From: Candidatus Bathyarchaeota archaeon
GTDB lineage: Archaea > Thermoproteota > CALKCG01 > B24 > DRYS01
Length of the DNA: 64,000 nt
Reading direction: 5' to 3'
Assembly (NCBI GenBank): GCA_018396535.1
Contig: JAGTQC010000002.1
Location: forward strand, 96,001-160,000
The position numbers and the translations under genes were made by a program. The notes under the pieces were generated by a model. The model saw nothing but the letters and a program-made list of their open reading frames with translations. It was not told where the DNA came from and did not search any database. Positions 29,189-39,545 of the stretch are shown in pieces. Numbering within the stretch: position 1 is the stretch's first letter; each line of letters starts with the position of its first letter.

Positions 29189-29503
29189 GAAACATACACC
29201 TCCACAAACAATATAGAGGTAGCAGCTTTACCTGATTTAAATAATTCCTAAACACTCCATTAAGTAACGCATATAGATTAGTTTAGCTAAGAGAATTAGG
29301 CTATAACCATCATCCTCATCTATTCTAGAATACAAAATCGATATATTACTAGCGAACGTAGAATAATCCATGAGTCTATCCTAGAATACATCTCATATCC
29401 TCAAACCTCAAATAAACCTATACCAGTACCGCCTACCGATACATCCACACAGATTATGTATAATCCGCTTCAGGCTCTAAGCAACTCTACATAAGGTTAC
29501 ACT

Positions 29504-31042
29504 CTACTTCTCTCTAAGCTTCCTAACCAGTATCCTAGATACTACTATACCTTTCACAGTCTGGCTAGGTATCTCTATCCTAAGAGCTTCATCCTCATAG
29601 CTCCACCTAGGCTTCTCCCTTAACCCAACTATATCTACGTCTAATATTTCTTCATCCTCATCTATCAGTCTCAGGTTTCTAGCTAGAGATCTAAAGCTTA
29701 TAACTCTAGATCCGTTAGACCCTACCGGGTATATAGCATATACTACACTACCCGTAGGATATAGATCCCTCGCCGTATATCGTACATCACCTTCTACGAA
29801 TCTAACACCCCTCTCTGTGAAGAATCCTCCTCTACCTATACGTGTAGGCCCCTCACCGTAGACCCTCCATACTCTTGTACCGTATATAGCCTCCCCATAT
29901 AGCTTAAGCCATCCACCTATACTAGATAATATCTTCCTCTGCTCTTCCGGTATCACCCCATCCGGGGATGGGCCTATATTCAGTAGGAATACACCATTCT
30001 TACTTACAACATCCACCATATGCCATATTATGCTTTCAGGAGTCTTATACTCTGCATCCCTTATATAACCCCAAGATCTATAATCTACCGATGTATCAGC
30101 TAGCCATGGCGAGGATCTAAGCCTAAGTATAGTCCCTCTCTCAGCTAGATCAGGTATAGCAGCTCCATCTGGGAAAGCCCCATGCTTATACACTATGACA
30201 GGTTCAAACCCCCAGCTTTCACATCTATTATAGTAGTATGCTGCGAAAGCCTTCAGGTACGGCTCAAACGCAGGATTAGCTATCCACCAATCGAAGTAAA
30301 CTAATCTAGGCCTATACTTCTCTACCACCTCAACTATTCTTAATAACCAATCCATCAGGAATTCATCATCCGGAGGTATGTTATCTGGTCCTACAGGAGC
30401 TCTAGGATCTGTAGATGCAGGCTTAGCTGGACCGTATAAATCCATATACCTAGGATCGTTCACATCTGAATCTATACGTGTACCAGGTTCGAAAAACCAC
30501 CAATGCTCAGCTCTATGATACGATACACCGAATATAAGCCCCACCCTCTCGACAGCTTCCTTCAACTCTCCAATTATATCCCTTCTAGGACCTATCTTAG
30601 ATGCACACCATCTAGTATACCTAGAATCCCATAGAGCATAGCCATCATGATGCTCCGCTACGGGTACTACGAATCTAGCACCCGATTCTTTGAATAATCT
30701 AGCCCAACTATCTGGATCCCAATTAGCAGCTGTAAACATGGGTATGAAATCCTTATAACCGAAATCCTTCGGCGTACCGAAGTTTCTATTGTGGAAATCG
30801 TATTCAGGTTTACCAGGCATATACATGTGTCTAGGATACCATTCATTACCATACGCTGGGACGGAGTATACACCCCAATGTATGAATATACCTAGCTTGG
30901 AATCTACAAACCATGACGGAACCCTATAATTCTTAAGAGAGCTCCATGAAGGCTCATAGGATCCGCTTGTAGGAGCAGGTATACTCTTGAATATATCGTA
31001 TGGATCAACCATGATATACACCTTCACTTGACTATGTAACAT
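29504..31042 (-). CDS. GH29 alpha-L-fucosidase
   Basis: GIFIHWGVYSVP, EWYPR, AEHHDG, YFDWW, DVVSKNG.FLLNIGP. ATG 31012 is a likely alternative start. Confidence 0.92.
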   Translation of the reverse strand: MLHSQVKVYIMVDPYDIFKSIPAPTSGSYEPSWSSLKNYRVPSWFVDSKLGIFIHWGVYSVPAYGNEWYPRHMYMPGKPEYDFHNRNFGTPKDFGYKDFIPMFTAANWDPDSWARLFKESGARFVVPVAEHHDGYALWDSRYTRWCASKIGPRRDIIGELKEAVERVGLIFGVSYHRAEHWWFFEPGTRIDSDVNDPRYMDLYGPAKPASTDPRAPVGPDNIPPDDEFLMDWLLRIVEVVEKYRPRLVYFDWWIANPAFEPYLKAFAAYYYNRCESWGFEPVIVYKHGAFPDGAAIPDLAERGTILRLRSSPWLADTSVDYRSWGYIRDAEYKTPESIIWHMVDVVSKNGVFLLNIGPSPDGVIPEEQRKILSSIGGWLKLYGEAIYGTRVWRVYGEGPTRIGRGGFFTERGVRFVEGDVRYTARDLYPTGSVVYAIYPVGSNGSRVISFRSLARNLRLIDEDEEILDVDIVGLREKPRWSYEDEALRIEIPSQTVKGIVVSRILVRKLREK

Positions 31043-31064
31043 AGATATAGCAATTTAAATAGTT

Positions 31065-33320
31065 CTAGGATATTTTCACCTCAACCTCCTTTCCATCATA
31101 TTTAACCACCCTATCAGGTATAACAGTCTCCTCAACACCGATACCATATCCATCCCTAACGAATACTATATGGAAGGATCTCTCCCTTAACATACCAGGA
31201 TAGCCCCCCTCCCTCGCACCTATAATCAACCTACCTTCATCTTCAAGCCATGTAATAGGGGTTAGGCTATATTCACCCCTCTCGTAGCTATATGTTTCTC
31301 CATCATCTTCGTATAACGTGAAGCTAGCATCAGCTCCACGGTATACTCTAACCTCTATAGGGTTCCAAGGCTTCTCCTTCGCATACTGTAGCGGCGGAGC
31401 CATAGGTATTATAGATCCAGCTTTAACATGGAGCGGGATTATGTCTATAGGCGTAGGTGTTTCGATCCATACCCCTCCATTCATATGTCTTCCAGTCCAG
31501 AAATCGTACCACCCACATATACTCCTAGGTAGATAGATCCACCTAGCCTTAATCTTGGGAAGGGTTACAGGACTAACCATTATAGCGGATCCAAACATAT
31601 ACTGGTCATCTATATCGGCTACCCTAGTATCCATTCTGAAATCCATTATTAACGGTCTCATAAACGTATAGCCTTCCTTCGTAACCCTCCATGCATGAGA
31701 ATATATGTATGGTAGCAGCCTATACCTCAACCTGATATACTTAACAAGTATCCTCTCATACTCTGATCCAAACCTCCAAGGCTCCTTAGCATACGTCGTC
31801 CCATGCACTCTGAAAATAGGGCAGAAGGAGCCCCACTGAAACCATCTGGCGAATATTTCCCTATACGAGTCGGTCTCAGGGTTACCGCTAAAGAACCCGC
31901 CTATATCTGTAGTCCAGTATGGTATGCCTGAGATAGAGAAGTTCAACCCTGCAGCTATCTGCTCCCTAAGTATACCCCAATCGTGGCATATATCCCCAGA
32001 CCATGTTATAGCCGAATATCTCTGCTGACCTGTGAAAGCTGATCTAGTAAGTATAACTACACGTTTATCCGAGATGCTACGCTGCCCTTCATAGACGGCT
32101 CTAGTCGTCATAAGCGAGTATGCGTTCAGATACCTAGCACCCGAACCTATAGCCGTAGTCGATGAATGGAATGGTGTATAGAACGAAGCCCATCCTACAC
32201 CAGTCTCGGGTTCTGTCGCATCAAGCCACCATCCATCCACGCCTATATCGAAGAAGCTTCTCCTAATATACTCCCAATACAATTTCCTAGCCTCCTCGTT
32301 GAAGGGATCATAGCATCTAGTACCAGGGCATATGAATCCTCTACTCTCCATATCCTTATAGATATCCGTCTCCTCACCGAATATCGGCCATATGGAGATT
32401 AAAATACGTATGCCAAGCTCATGTAGATCCTTAACCATCCCAGCTGGATCTGGGAAGGATTCCTCATCGAACTTAAAGGCATTCCATCCATATTTACCCC
32501 AATATTTCCAATCCAATACTATGATATCGATAGGTATACCTTTACTCCTAAAGGTTCTAGCAACCTCTAGAATCTCATCCTGAGTCTTATATCTCTCCTT
32601 AGATTGCCAGAATCCATAAGCCCATATCGGTAGTAGAGGTGGATCACCAGTTAGCTTACGATAGGATGATATCACATCATCTATACTTGGGCCATAGATT
32701 AGATAGTAGTCTATAGCATCCGAAGCTTCAGACCAAAACTTAATCTTACCAAAACCGTTATCGGCGAAGTTTTCGAATCGAGTCATAGAGTAGTTATCCC
32801 ATAGTATACCGTAGCCTCTACTAGATACTAGGAATGGTATAGCTACATCCCAATTCCTCTGTATAAGCGTGATACTACGACCCCTATAATCGAATATACC
32901 TGGATGCTGCCCTAATCCATAGAATCTCTCATCCATAGATACTCTGAAGGTTTGTTCTACACTATAAGTCTCCCCATCGGGTAGCTCGATAGAGGTTAGT
33001 GATCTAGAATCCTCGACGATAATCGGGGATCCATACAGGTCGTAGAACTCTATAAGCCCAGTATCAAGATCTACCGATGCCTTCAACTTATCGGTGGCTA
33101 CCGTAATCCTGGAAGGCTCCCTTCGTATCTTCCAATCAACCTGTTTCAAAGATGTATTAATAACCGATAGACTGCTATCCCCGGGTAGCTTAGAGCTTAG
33201 AGTATAGGTTACACGTATAACGTTATCGCTACAGATCTGCAGCCTCATCCTACCCTCTGGATGCATATAGAACGTAATCTCCCTTAATCCTCTACTATAG
33301 GATTTTACAGTAAATGGCAA
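31065..33320 (-). CDS. GH31 glycosidase (alpha-xylosidase-like)
   Basis: YGLGQH, GFWQSKERY, WWLDATEPE, TWSGDI, TDIGGF, LYEDDG. Confidence 0.92.
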   Translation of the reverse strand: MPFTVKSYSRGLREITFYMHPEGRMRLQICSDNVIRVTYTLSSKLPGDSSLSVINTSLKQVDWKIRREPSRITVATDKLKASVDLDTGLIEFYDLYGSPIIVEDSRSLTSIELPDGETYSVEQTFRVSMDERFYGLGQHPGIFDYRGRSITLIQRNWDVAIPFLVSSRGYGILWDNYSMTRFENFADNGFGKIKFWSEASDAIDYYLIYGPSIDDVISSYRKLTGDPPLLPIWAYGFWQSKERYKTQDEILEVARTFRSKGIPIDIIVLDWKYWGKYGWNAFKFDEESFPDPAGMVKDLHELGIRILISIWPIFGEETDIYKDMESRGFICPGTRCYDPFNEEARKLYWEYIRRSFFDIGVDGWWLDATEPETGVGWASFYTPFHSSTTAIGSGARYLNAYSLMTTRAVYEGQRSISDKRVVILTRSAFTGQQRYSAITWSGDICHDWGILREQIAAGLNFSISGIPYWTTDIGGFFSGNPETDSYREIFARWFQWGSFCPIFRVHGTTYAKEPWRFGSEYERILVKYIRLRYRLLPYIYSHAWRVTKEGYTFMRPLIMDFRMDTRVADIDDQYMFGSAIMVSPVTLPKIKARWIYLPRSICGWYDFWTGRHMNGGVWIETPTPIDIIPLHVKAGSIIPMAPPLQYAKEKPWNPIEVRVYRGADASFTLYEDDGETYSYERGEYSLTPITWLEDEGRLIIGAREGGYPGMLRERSFHIVFVRDGYGIGVEETVIPDRVVKYDGKEVEVKIS

Positions 33321-33415
33321 ACCTAATCCAACACCCCGATCATAACGTAGATCAGATTACTATATAATAATCTTATGGCTGACTATGTACGTCTTAAAAG
33401 GAATAATTGTCGGAT

Positions 33416-34273
33416 TTATAATTCGAGAAGGATTATACCGATCGATGCTAGTAGTATAGCTATCCATATCCATATGCTCAGCTTCTCTCTTAGAGAGATG
33501 TTTGCTGCTAGAGCTGAGATTATAGGCTGTATACCAGTTATAACGGTAGCTCTACCAGCTCCTATAAGCCTTATACTCTCAAGGTATAGTGTCGTACCTA
33601 GGGATAACCCTGTTAAACCTGATAACGAGCCCCATAACAATAACCTAGCATTTCTAAGCTTACCCATGCTACGTCTACATATAGGTAGCATAGCTAAAGC
33701 TAGTATAGGGAATCTGTAGGCGTTACCTATCAGCGGATCTACACTCCTAACACCTATAGATACGAAGGTTACAGCTATAGACCATAGAAGAGCTGAGACT
33801 AAGGATAAAACCACCCCCTCAAAATATTGATTCGAACCATTCCTAGATTCCTCTCCCGATAACGCTACTATTATTGATGCTGAAACTACCAGTACACCCC
33901 CGATCACGTTAACCAGTGTTATACTCTCGTTGAGTAAAAAAGCTGAGATTAACAATACGATTAACGGATGTACCGATGATACTGCTACACCACGTGAAAC
34001 TCCTATAGCATCTATACCCTTGAAGAATACCGTATCCCCGATCCCTATACCTATAACCGTAGCCGCTAGCAGTAGGAGGAAGCCATATAAGTCTAACTGA
34101 AAGATAAACCCTCCACGTAGGATGGGTAGTATTAGGATTAAGGTTAGAGAACCTGATATACTACGTACCATATTCAACTCTATAGCCGTAGCATACCTTA
34201 AAGCTCTTTTAGAAAATACAGGTGTTAGAGCCCATAGTATAGCCGTGGATAGCGCTAAAGCCTCTCCTAACAT
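33416..34273 (-). CDS. DMT/EamA family transporter
   Basis: About 10 TM with duplicated EamA repeat (HPL...LNE; QPI...LRE). Confidence 0.88.
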   Translation of the reverse strand: MLGEALALSTAILWALTPVFSKRALRYATAIELNMVRSISGSLTLILILPILRGGFIFQLDLYGFLLLLAATVIGIGIGDTVFFKGIDAIGVSRGVAVSSVHPLIVLLISAFLLNESITLVNVIGGVLVVSASIIVALSGEESRNGSNQYFEGVVLSLVSALLWSIAVTFVSIGVRSVDPLIGNAYRFPILALAMLPICRRSMGKLRNARLLLWGSLSGLTGLSLGTTLYLESIRLIGAGRATVITGIQPIISALAANISLREKLSIWIWIAILLASIGIILLEL

Positions 34274-34377
34274 AGCTTAAACCAGCTCGATAAGCTATCC
34301 TAAATTTAACGTTTACTTATGGAAGTTGGAAACCTATAAATCAAGGATGTGTGGTATATCCTAGTTTTTGATATGCT

Positions 34378-35148
34378 TTGAAGATCATGGTATGTGGTAA
34401 GGGTGGAACTGGGAAGACTATTGTATCTATCCTGCTAGCCAGGGTTCTATCTGAGAAGTATAGGGTGTACATAGTGGATTCAGATGAATCTAACATACTC
34501 TTACCTAGGCTTCTAGGTGTAAAACCACCGAAACCTCTAATAGAGTATATAGGCGGTAAGAGGGATGAAGCAGAATTGGAATCTAGGGAGCTCGATATAG
34601 CTTCCATGCTATCCAGAGCTGGGCTTGGTATAAGGCTTAGAGCACTACCAGATGAGTATATATCGTATTCTAGAGATGGGATAGGGTTAACGTGTATAGG
34701 TAAGGTTAGAGAGTATGGCGAAGGATGTGCATGCCCATTCAATATTCTTACAAGGATACTACTTAAAAACCTAGTATTGGATGCTGATGAAAGGGTTGTA
34801 GTTGATACTGATGCTGGGATCGAACATATAGGTAGAAGGGTGGAGGAAGCTGTAGATGGGGTTATAGCTCTCATAGATCCGACAGCTGAATCTATAGAGA
34901 CAGCTTCTCTACTCAAGGATGTAAGCTTAAGCTTAGGTAAGAAATTCTGGGTTATAGCTAATAAGATCGATAGAAAGGTGAGGGATATACTGATAGATAA
35001 AGCTAGAGGGATGGGGCTAAGTATAGATGGATTCATAAGCTTCGATGAGAAAATTATCGAATCATGCCTACTAGGAGAGGAGCTTAGATCGAGTAACGCT
35101 CTAGAAGATGTTAGAAGTATAGCATACACTCTTAAGATTATCGAGTAG
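34378..35148 (+). CDS. cooC: CooC-type nickel-insertion ATPase
   Basis: GKGGTGKT, GCACP, DTDAGIEH.GR, NK motif. Confidence 0.85.
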   Translation: MKIMVCGKGGTGKTIVSILLARVLSEKYRVYIVDSDESNILLPRLLGVKPPKPLIEYIGGKRDEAELESRELDIASMLSRAGLGIRLRALPDEYISYSRDGIGLTCIGKVREYGEGCACPFNILTRILLKNLVLDADERVVVDTDAGIEHIGRRVEEAVDGVIALIDPTAESIETASLLKDVSLSLGKKFWVIANKIDRKVRDILIDKARGMGLSIDGFISFDEKIIESCLLGEELRSSNALEDVRSIAYTLKIIE

Positions 35149-35273
35149 ATTTAGAGGAGGCGTAGATCCTATATAACACTTATTAAGAATAAGATCTAGA
35201 ACATATACTATTATATCAAGCGTAACCTTTATCAACTTGTTCAGATGTAATCCTTATAGCGAAGCCGTCTCTT

Positions 35274-35933
35274 ATGTTCTCAATAAAAATAGTTCTGATA
35301 TTAGCGATACTACAAATCCTATCCTCCACGTATACGATGATATACGATAATTTAGTCGAAGAGGGTATTGAACCTATACCTCTACCCTATACATGGAGTT
35401 CAGGTATAACTTGCTACTATCTAGATCTAGATCCGTTATCCGATGGCTATCAGCAATCTATCATAGTAGAAGCTGGTAGCCTAATAGTAGCGGAAATAAA
35501 GTTTCAACGCTGGAGTATATACGGTCCAGATAGAGTAAATCAGTTATTCCTACTATATTCATGGTCTAGGAACTGGAATCCGCCGACACATTATCTACCA
35601 CTATGGTTTGGTATATCGGGCGAATATCCAGGTATAGTGAAGGTTTGGAGGTATACATTCAAAGCACCGAGTGAGCCTGGAGTATACTATATATGGATTA
35701 GAGGGGATTACACGACAGGTATGGAGGAGGCTGTAGCTAATATATGGCGTATGTATCGTGGACCTCCACCATACGATGATGATGGAGGAGGTATAATCGG
35801 TAAGGTAATCGTAACGAGTAGGAGAGATAGAGTAGTATCCTCGAATATTATAGCTATACCGATACTAATAGCGTTGATGGGGTTGATAATCGCATCGATT
35901 ATATCCAGATCTTTGAAAAAGATGAAGGGTTAG
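35274..35933 (+). CDS. Hypothetical secreted, C-terminally anchored protein
   Basis: Signal peptide, Ig-like 'FKAPSEPGVYYI', C-terminal TM plus basic tail. Confidence 0.65.
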   Translation: MFSIKIVLILAILQILSSTYTMIYDNLVEEGIEPIPLPYTWSSGITCYYLDLDPLSDGYQQSIIVEAGSLIVAEIKFQRWSIYGPDRVNQLFLLYSWSRNWNPPTHYLPLWFGISGEYPGIVKVWRYTFKAPSEPGVYYIWIRGDYTTGMEEAVANIWRMYRGPPPYDDDGGGIIGKVIVTSRRDRVVSSNIIAIPILIALMGLIIASIISRSLKKMKG

Positions 35934-36025
35934 AATATGTTATCGTAGGGAGTCATAGAGATAGATGGTCGATGATGCTAGGAAGATTAATTAAAGCGTG
36001 ATAACACATTAAATTAATTAGGCTT

Positions 36026-36688
36026 ATGTCTTATTTATGGGTTGGAAAACCATTCGTTAAAAAGACCTTAGTTAAATTCGCTATAGTCTTTACGATCATC
36101 CTAATACTCTCAATACTTGTACATTTATTGCTAGCTTTATCATGGCTTATACTAGCATCTATAATCTTCATAGTATACTACTACAATAAGAGAGCGTACA
36201 CGTACTATGTAACTGATAGATCTATCAGGATAGAGAAGTCATGGGTATTCGGGAACTACATCAGAGAACTTACATTTGATCAGATAAGAGATGTACATAT
36301 AATGCAGGGGATACTCGCTAGAGCTATGAGATGCGGATCCCTAGCCTTCGTAACAACAGCTGGTTTAGAAGTAGGACATATAGGAGCTGGGGTAGGTAGA
36401 GGCGTGGTAATCGGGGGTACAGCTCCAAGGATTATAGCATGGAGGGGGGGAAGATTCTGGGATATACCGGAGCCGCAGAAGGTACGCGATATACTGATTG
36501 GGAAGATAACTGAGTGGCGTGAAGTAGCTCAGCAACAGAGAATGGCTGCTTCACTCGAAAGGATAGCTGAAACAAGACCACGTAGCGGGAATCTTCTAGA
36601 TGAATTAGAAAGACTTAAACGACTCCTAGATGAAGGGGTTATAACCAAAGAGGAGTTCGAGAAAGCAAAGAAGAAACTATTAGAATAG
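36026..36688 (+). CDS. Membrane protein with bacterial PH domain and SHOCT domain
   Basis: YYVTDR.I, I.DV...QG..AR...G; C-terminal ELERLKRLLDEGVITKEEFEKAKKKLL. Confidence 0.85.
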   Translation: MSYLWVGKPFVKKTLVKFAIVFTIILILSILVHLLLALSWLILASIIFIVYYYNKRAYTYYVTDRSIRIEKSWVFGNYIRELTFDQIRDVHIMQGILARAMRCGSLAFVTTAGLEVGHIGAGVGRGVVIGGTAPRIIAWRGGRFWDIPEPQKVRDILIGKITEWREVAQQQRMAASLERIAETRPRSGNLLDELERLKRLLDEGVITKEEFEKAKKKLLE

Positions 36689-36785
36689 TAAAAGATTAAA
36701 AAGTAGAATACATATACTACATATAACCAATCATAGAATATCGATAAAAGAGAAAAAAGAAAAGTATAGAGGTATAAGGGTAAAG

Positions 36786-37298
36786 CTACATTACAGCTAG
36801 CGTCGTCGATAGGTTATATAGGAATGCGAATAGAACAGTTATCCCTGTAGATCCTGCAACCATACCTATAGCGAAGGGCATAGCTACATCCTCATATATC
36901 TTTGCTCCTCCAATCCTAAGGATTACAAGTTTAGCTACATATGCAACTACAGTTGGGATTAATATTATGTTAGGTACGAAATCGAAAGCGCCTATAACTA
37001 CGCCTCCAGGATTCACCGGGAACCATGGGAATTTAGCATGTAACGCATATATAGTAGATATTATCGCTGCTCCGATGATAAATTGTACCCAGTGCAACGG
37101 CTCTGGATGATGGCCTAACCCACTACGCCAGTAAACCCCGACCTCAGCTACACAGGCATATGTCGGGCCCCTCTGTAGATAATTGTTGGGTACTCCTGTA
37201 TAGTTGAATGCAGCTAGGTTTAAGGCTCCAAAGCTACACCACATCTGAAGCAGCGCGAATAACGATACAACTACACCTAGAATCACAGCTATAACCAT
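36786..37298 (-). pseudogene. C-terminal fragment of a DUF6785/DUF6784 (OPT-like) membrane protein
   Basis: FPWFPVNPGG and K..ILRIGG...YE..A.PFA.G motifs; only about 170 aa, the long N-terminal part is absent. Confidence 0.55.
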
Positions 37299-37411
37299 AC
37301 CTACAAATATATGGCGTGAATCTCTGAAGAACCTTCCACCTGAAAGGATATTAGAAGAACATATATGTGTGGTGCGTGAGCTTTTAGCTAGGCTGTTAAG
37401 GTGATGTAGGT

Positions 37412-38422
37412 ATGGGTTTGGGTAAGCCTGTTAGGTTTGGTATATTGGGTTTAGGTGTCGGTTATAGGAAGGCTAAGCAGTGTGTAGGATCTAGAGGAGC
37501 GGTTTTAGCCGCTGTCTGCGATCTACAGGAGGAGAGGGCTAGGAGGGTTGCTGAAGAGCTTGGCTGCCGCTGGTATACAGATTACGATGATATGCTTGAT
37601 AGTGGTGATGTAGATTGTATAGGTGTCTTCACTCCTAGCGGTATGCATATGGATCATGCTTTGAAAGCTATAGAGAGAGGGCTACACGTATTCGTAACTA
37701 AGCCTATGGATATAGATGTAGAGAAGTGTCGCCTAGCTATAAGGGAAGCTGAGAAAGCTAACGTAGTTCTCGCAGTCGATTTCGAACTTAGATACCAAGA
37801 TCTAAACCAGAAGATATTCTATGCGATACAGAAAGGTTTGATAGGTAGGGTTTTCCTAATCGATGTTTTGATGAAGTAGTTTAGGGATGAAGCATACTAT
37901 AAGGGTGGATACCCCCCTGCATGGAGGAGTAGTAGACGTTATGAAGGGGGATCTGCAGCTAACCAAGGCGTACACTACATAGATCTGGTTCAATGGTGGA
38001 TGGGTGGGGTGGAATCTGTACAGGGGTTAGCCGGAACGTTTACCCACGATATAGAGACTGAAGATTGCAGCGTAGCTATTATGAGATTTAGGAACGGGGC
38101 ATTCGGAACACTTACAACCACCACCTCGAGTATACCAGATCTAGGAACGAGAATAGAGGTTAATAGCGATAGGGGATCTATGATATGGAGGGATGGGAAG
38201 ATAGACTTCTTCCACTTGAAGGATGGAGATATATCTATACTAGACTCTATAACCCTGCCGAGTGATAGACCTATGAATATATTCGAGGATATGGCTAAAG
38301 CTATCCGTGAAGGTAGGAAGCCTATAGTAGATGGAAGAGAGGGGTTGAAGAGCGTTGCCATATTCAATGCGATATACGAATCATCTAAGATAGGGAGAGC
38401 TATAAGGGTAGAGGATGTATAG
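37412..38422 (+). pseudogene. Gfo/Idh/MocA oxidoreductase interrupted by an in-frame TAG (37877-37879)
   Basis: ORFs 37412-37879 and 38000-38422 share a frame; reading through gives MK*FRDEAYY...WR...EGG...NQGVHYIDL. Confidence 0.85.
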
Positions 38423-38669
38423 ATTGAACAGCATAGGGTTATCATAGCTAGTAGAGTAGAAGCATTTAATATCTTAGACTGATTCTCTATTAAAGATAAA
38501 AGATCTAACTTATAACCTCCTAGATCTTCAAAGGATTACTACACCGATAGATACTCTGCCCATTATATTCAAATCGACATAACCACCTTTCCTTCTATCC
38601 CTACACACAATATCCTCGAAAACATTATACTTAACCTCAATTATTCTAACAGCTACAAAATATATTCAA

Positions 38670-39044
38670 TTAACTGAAATAAGTGTAGAGATCTAGGGCC
38701 TCGCAGCCATGCTCCAAAGTCCTCTTCATGACTAAGTCGCCCATCTTGAATATGAAGACATCGCATATGTAGAGAGTTTCGACACGAGACGGCCCCCAAC
38801 GACTGGGGACTGGCTCAACCCACCTAAGAACTGGTTCATAAGGATCATAGGTCTGCCTCTTGGAGAACACATATTGAAGGTTACTTGTAAGGATCTGAAA
38901 TTCGGAATGTATACCCATAGATGTACTTGGCGCCCCCTTCCCGTAAACGACTACATAAAGCCCCATAGTCCTCAAAGACTCTAGGATTAAGATTCCGGCA
39001 TCATTTCTCACATCAATGAGCGTTCTCCTAGAGAGACATCTCAT
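38670..39044 (-). CDS. Unassigned ORF, possibly a gene remnant
   Basis: 124-aa ORF in the decay zone with no recognisable motif. Confidence 0.25.
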   Translation of the reverse strand: MRCLSRRTLIDVRNDAGILILESLRTMGLYVVVYGKGAPSTSMGIHSEFQILTSNLQYVFSKRQTYDPYEPVLRWVEPVPSRWGPSRVETLYICDVFIFKMGDLVMKRTLEHGCEALDLYTYFS

Positions 39045-39214
39045 AGAAACAATTGGTTTATGATTGGTAAAGACTTCTCTTCCACAATGTCCTTAAAAAT
39101 TCTTATCGCAGTTTCATGATTCAAGCCCCTTCTTAAAACTTTTCCATAATACGTTTGCCACATCTTTTATTGCTAAATCCAGCGTTATTACACTGAAAAG
39201 TCAACGACTCTCAC
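39040..39214 (-). pseudogene. vapC: VapC (PIN toxin) remnant
   Basis: GTG start overlapping the antitoxin end gives MRVVD.S; after a deletion/frameshift, VITLDLAIKDVANVLWK (PIN helix). Confidence 0.6.
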
Positions 39215-39437
39215 AATCTTCCCTCATAGACTTCTCGGAGAAGCCTAACTCGCTCGACCTTACATCCCTTAAGATAACATCCCCCTTCTCAATCATCCTT
39301 TTGATCTTCACCTTCCATGCCAGTTCCTCTAACTATTTTCTAATCTCTTCACCTATATCTAGGCCGTTTTCTTCCAACATTTTCTTGATCTCTTCTCTAA
39401 CCATGATGCCGATCACAGTGCTCGTAAACGCCACCAT
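39201..39437 (-). pseudogene. vapB: VapB-type antitoxin with internal TAG (39333-39335)
   Basis: MVAFTSTVIGIMVREEIKKMLEENGLDIGEEIRK*LEELAWK...SEKSMREDCESR, a typical archaeal antitoxin layout upstream of a PIN gene. Confidence 0.65.
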
Positions 39438-39545
39438 AATAATTATCGTCTACAAATCTATAAAAATTTCTGTCTATATAAAACAAAACAAGATAAATTA
39501 GATTATACTTGTCAACACATAAAGTCTTACATGCAGTAAGATTTT

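Noticed and set aside
29504-31042. Programmed frameshift as in the Sulfolobus fucosidase
   Set aside because: The gene is one continuous ORF here.
34341-35129. Long antisense ORFs (262 aa here, 223 aa at 21635-22306, and many short ones)
   Set aside because: Ser/Ile/Leu-rich shadows of real genes on the other strand, with no motifs.
38928-38936. TTGGCGCCC as the attL copy of the tRNA-Asp 3' end
   Set aside because: Only 9 bp match and no T-arm sequence; compatible with chance.
37877-39335. Amber recoding (pyrrolysine or TAG reassignment) suggested by two in-frame TAGs
   Set aside because: They replace different expected residues (Trp, Tyr), sit among decayed genes including one with TAA, and core genes (rps15, rps3ae, rpl37e) end normally at TAG.
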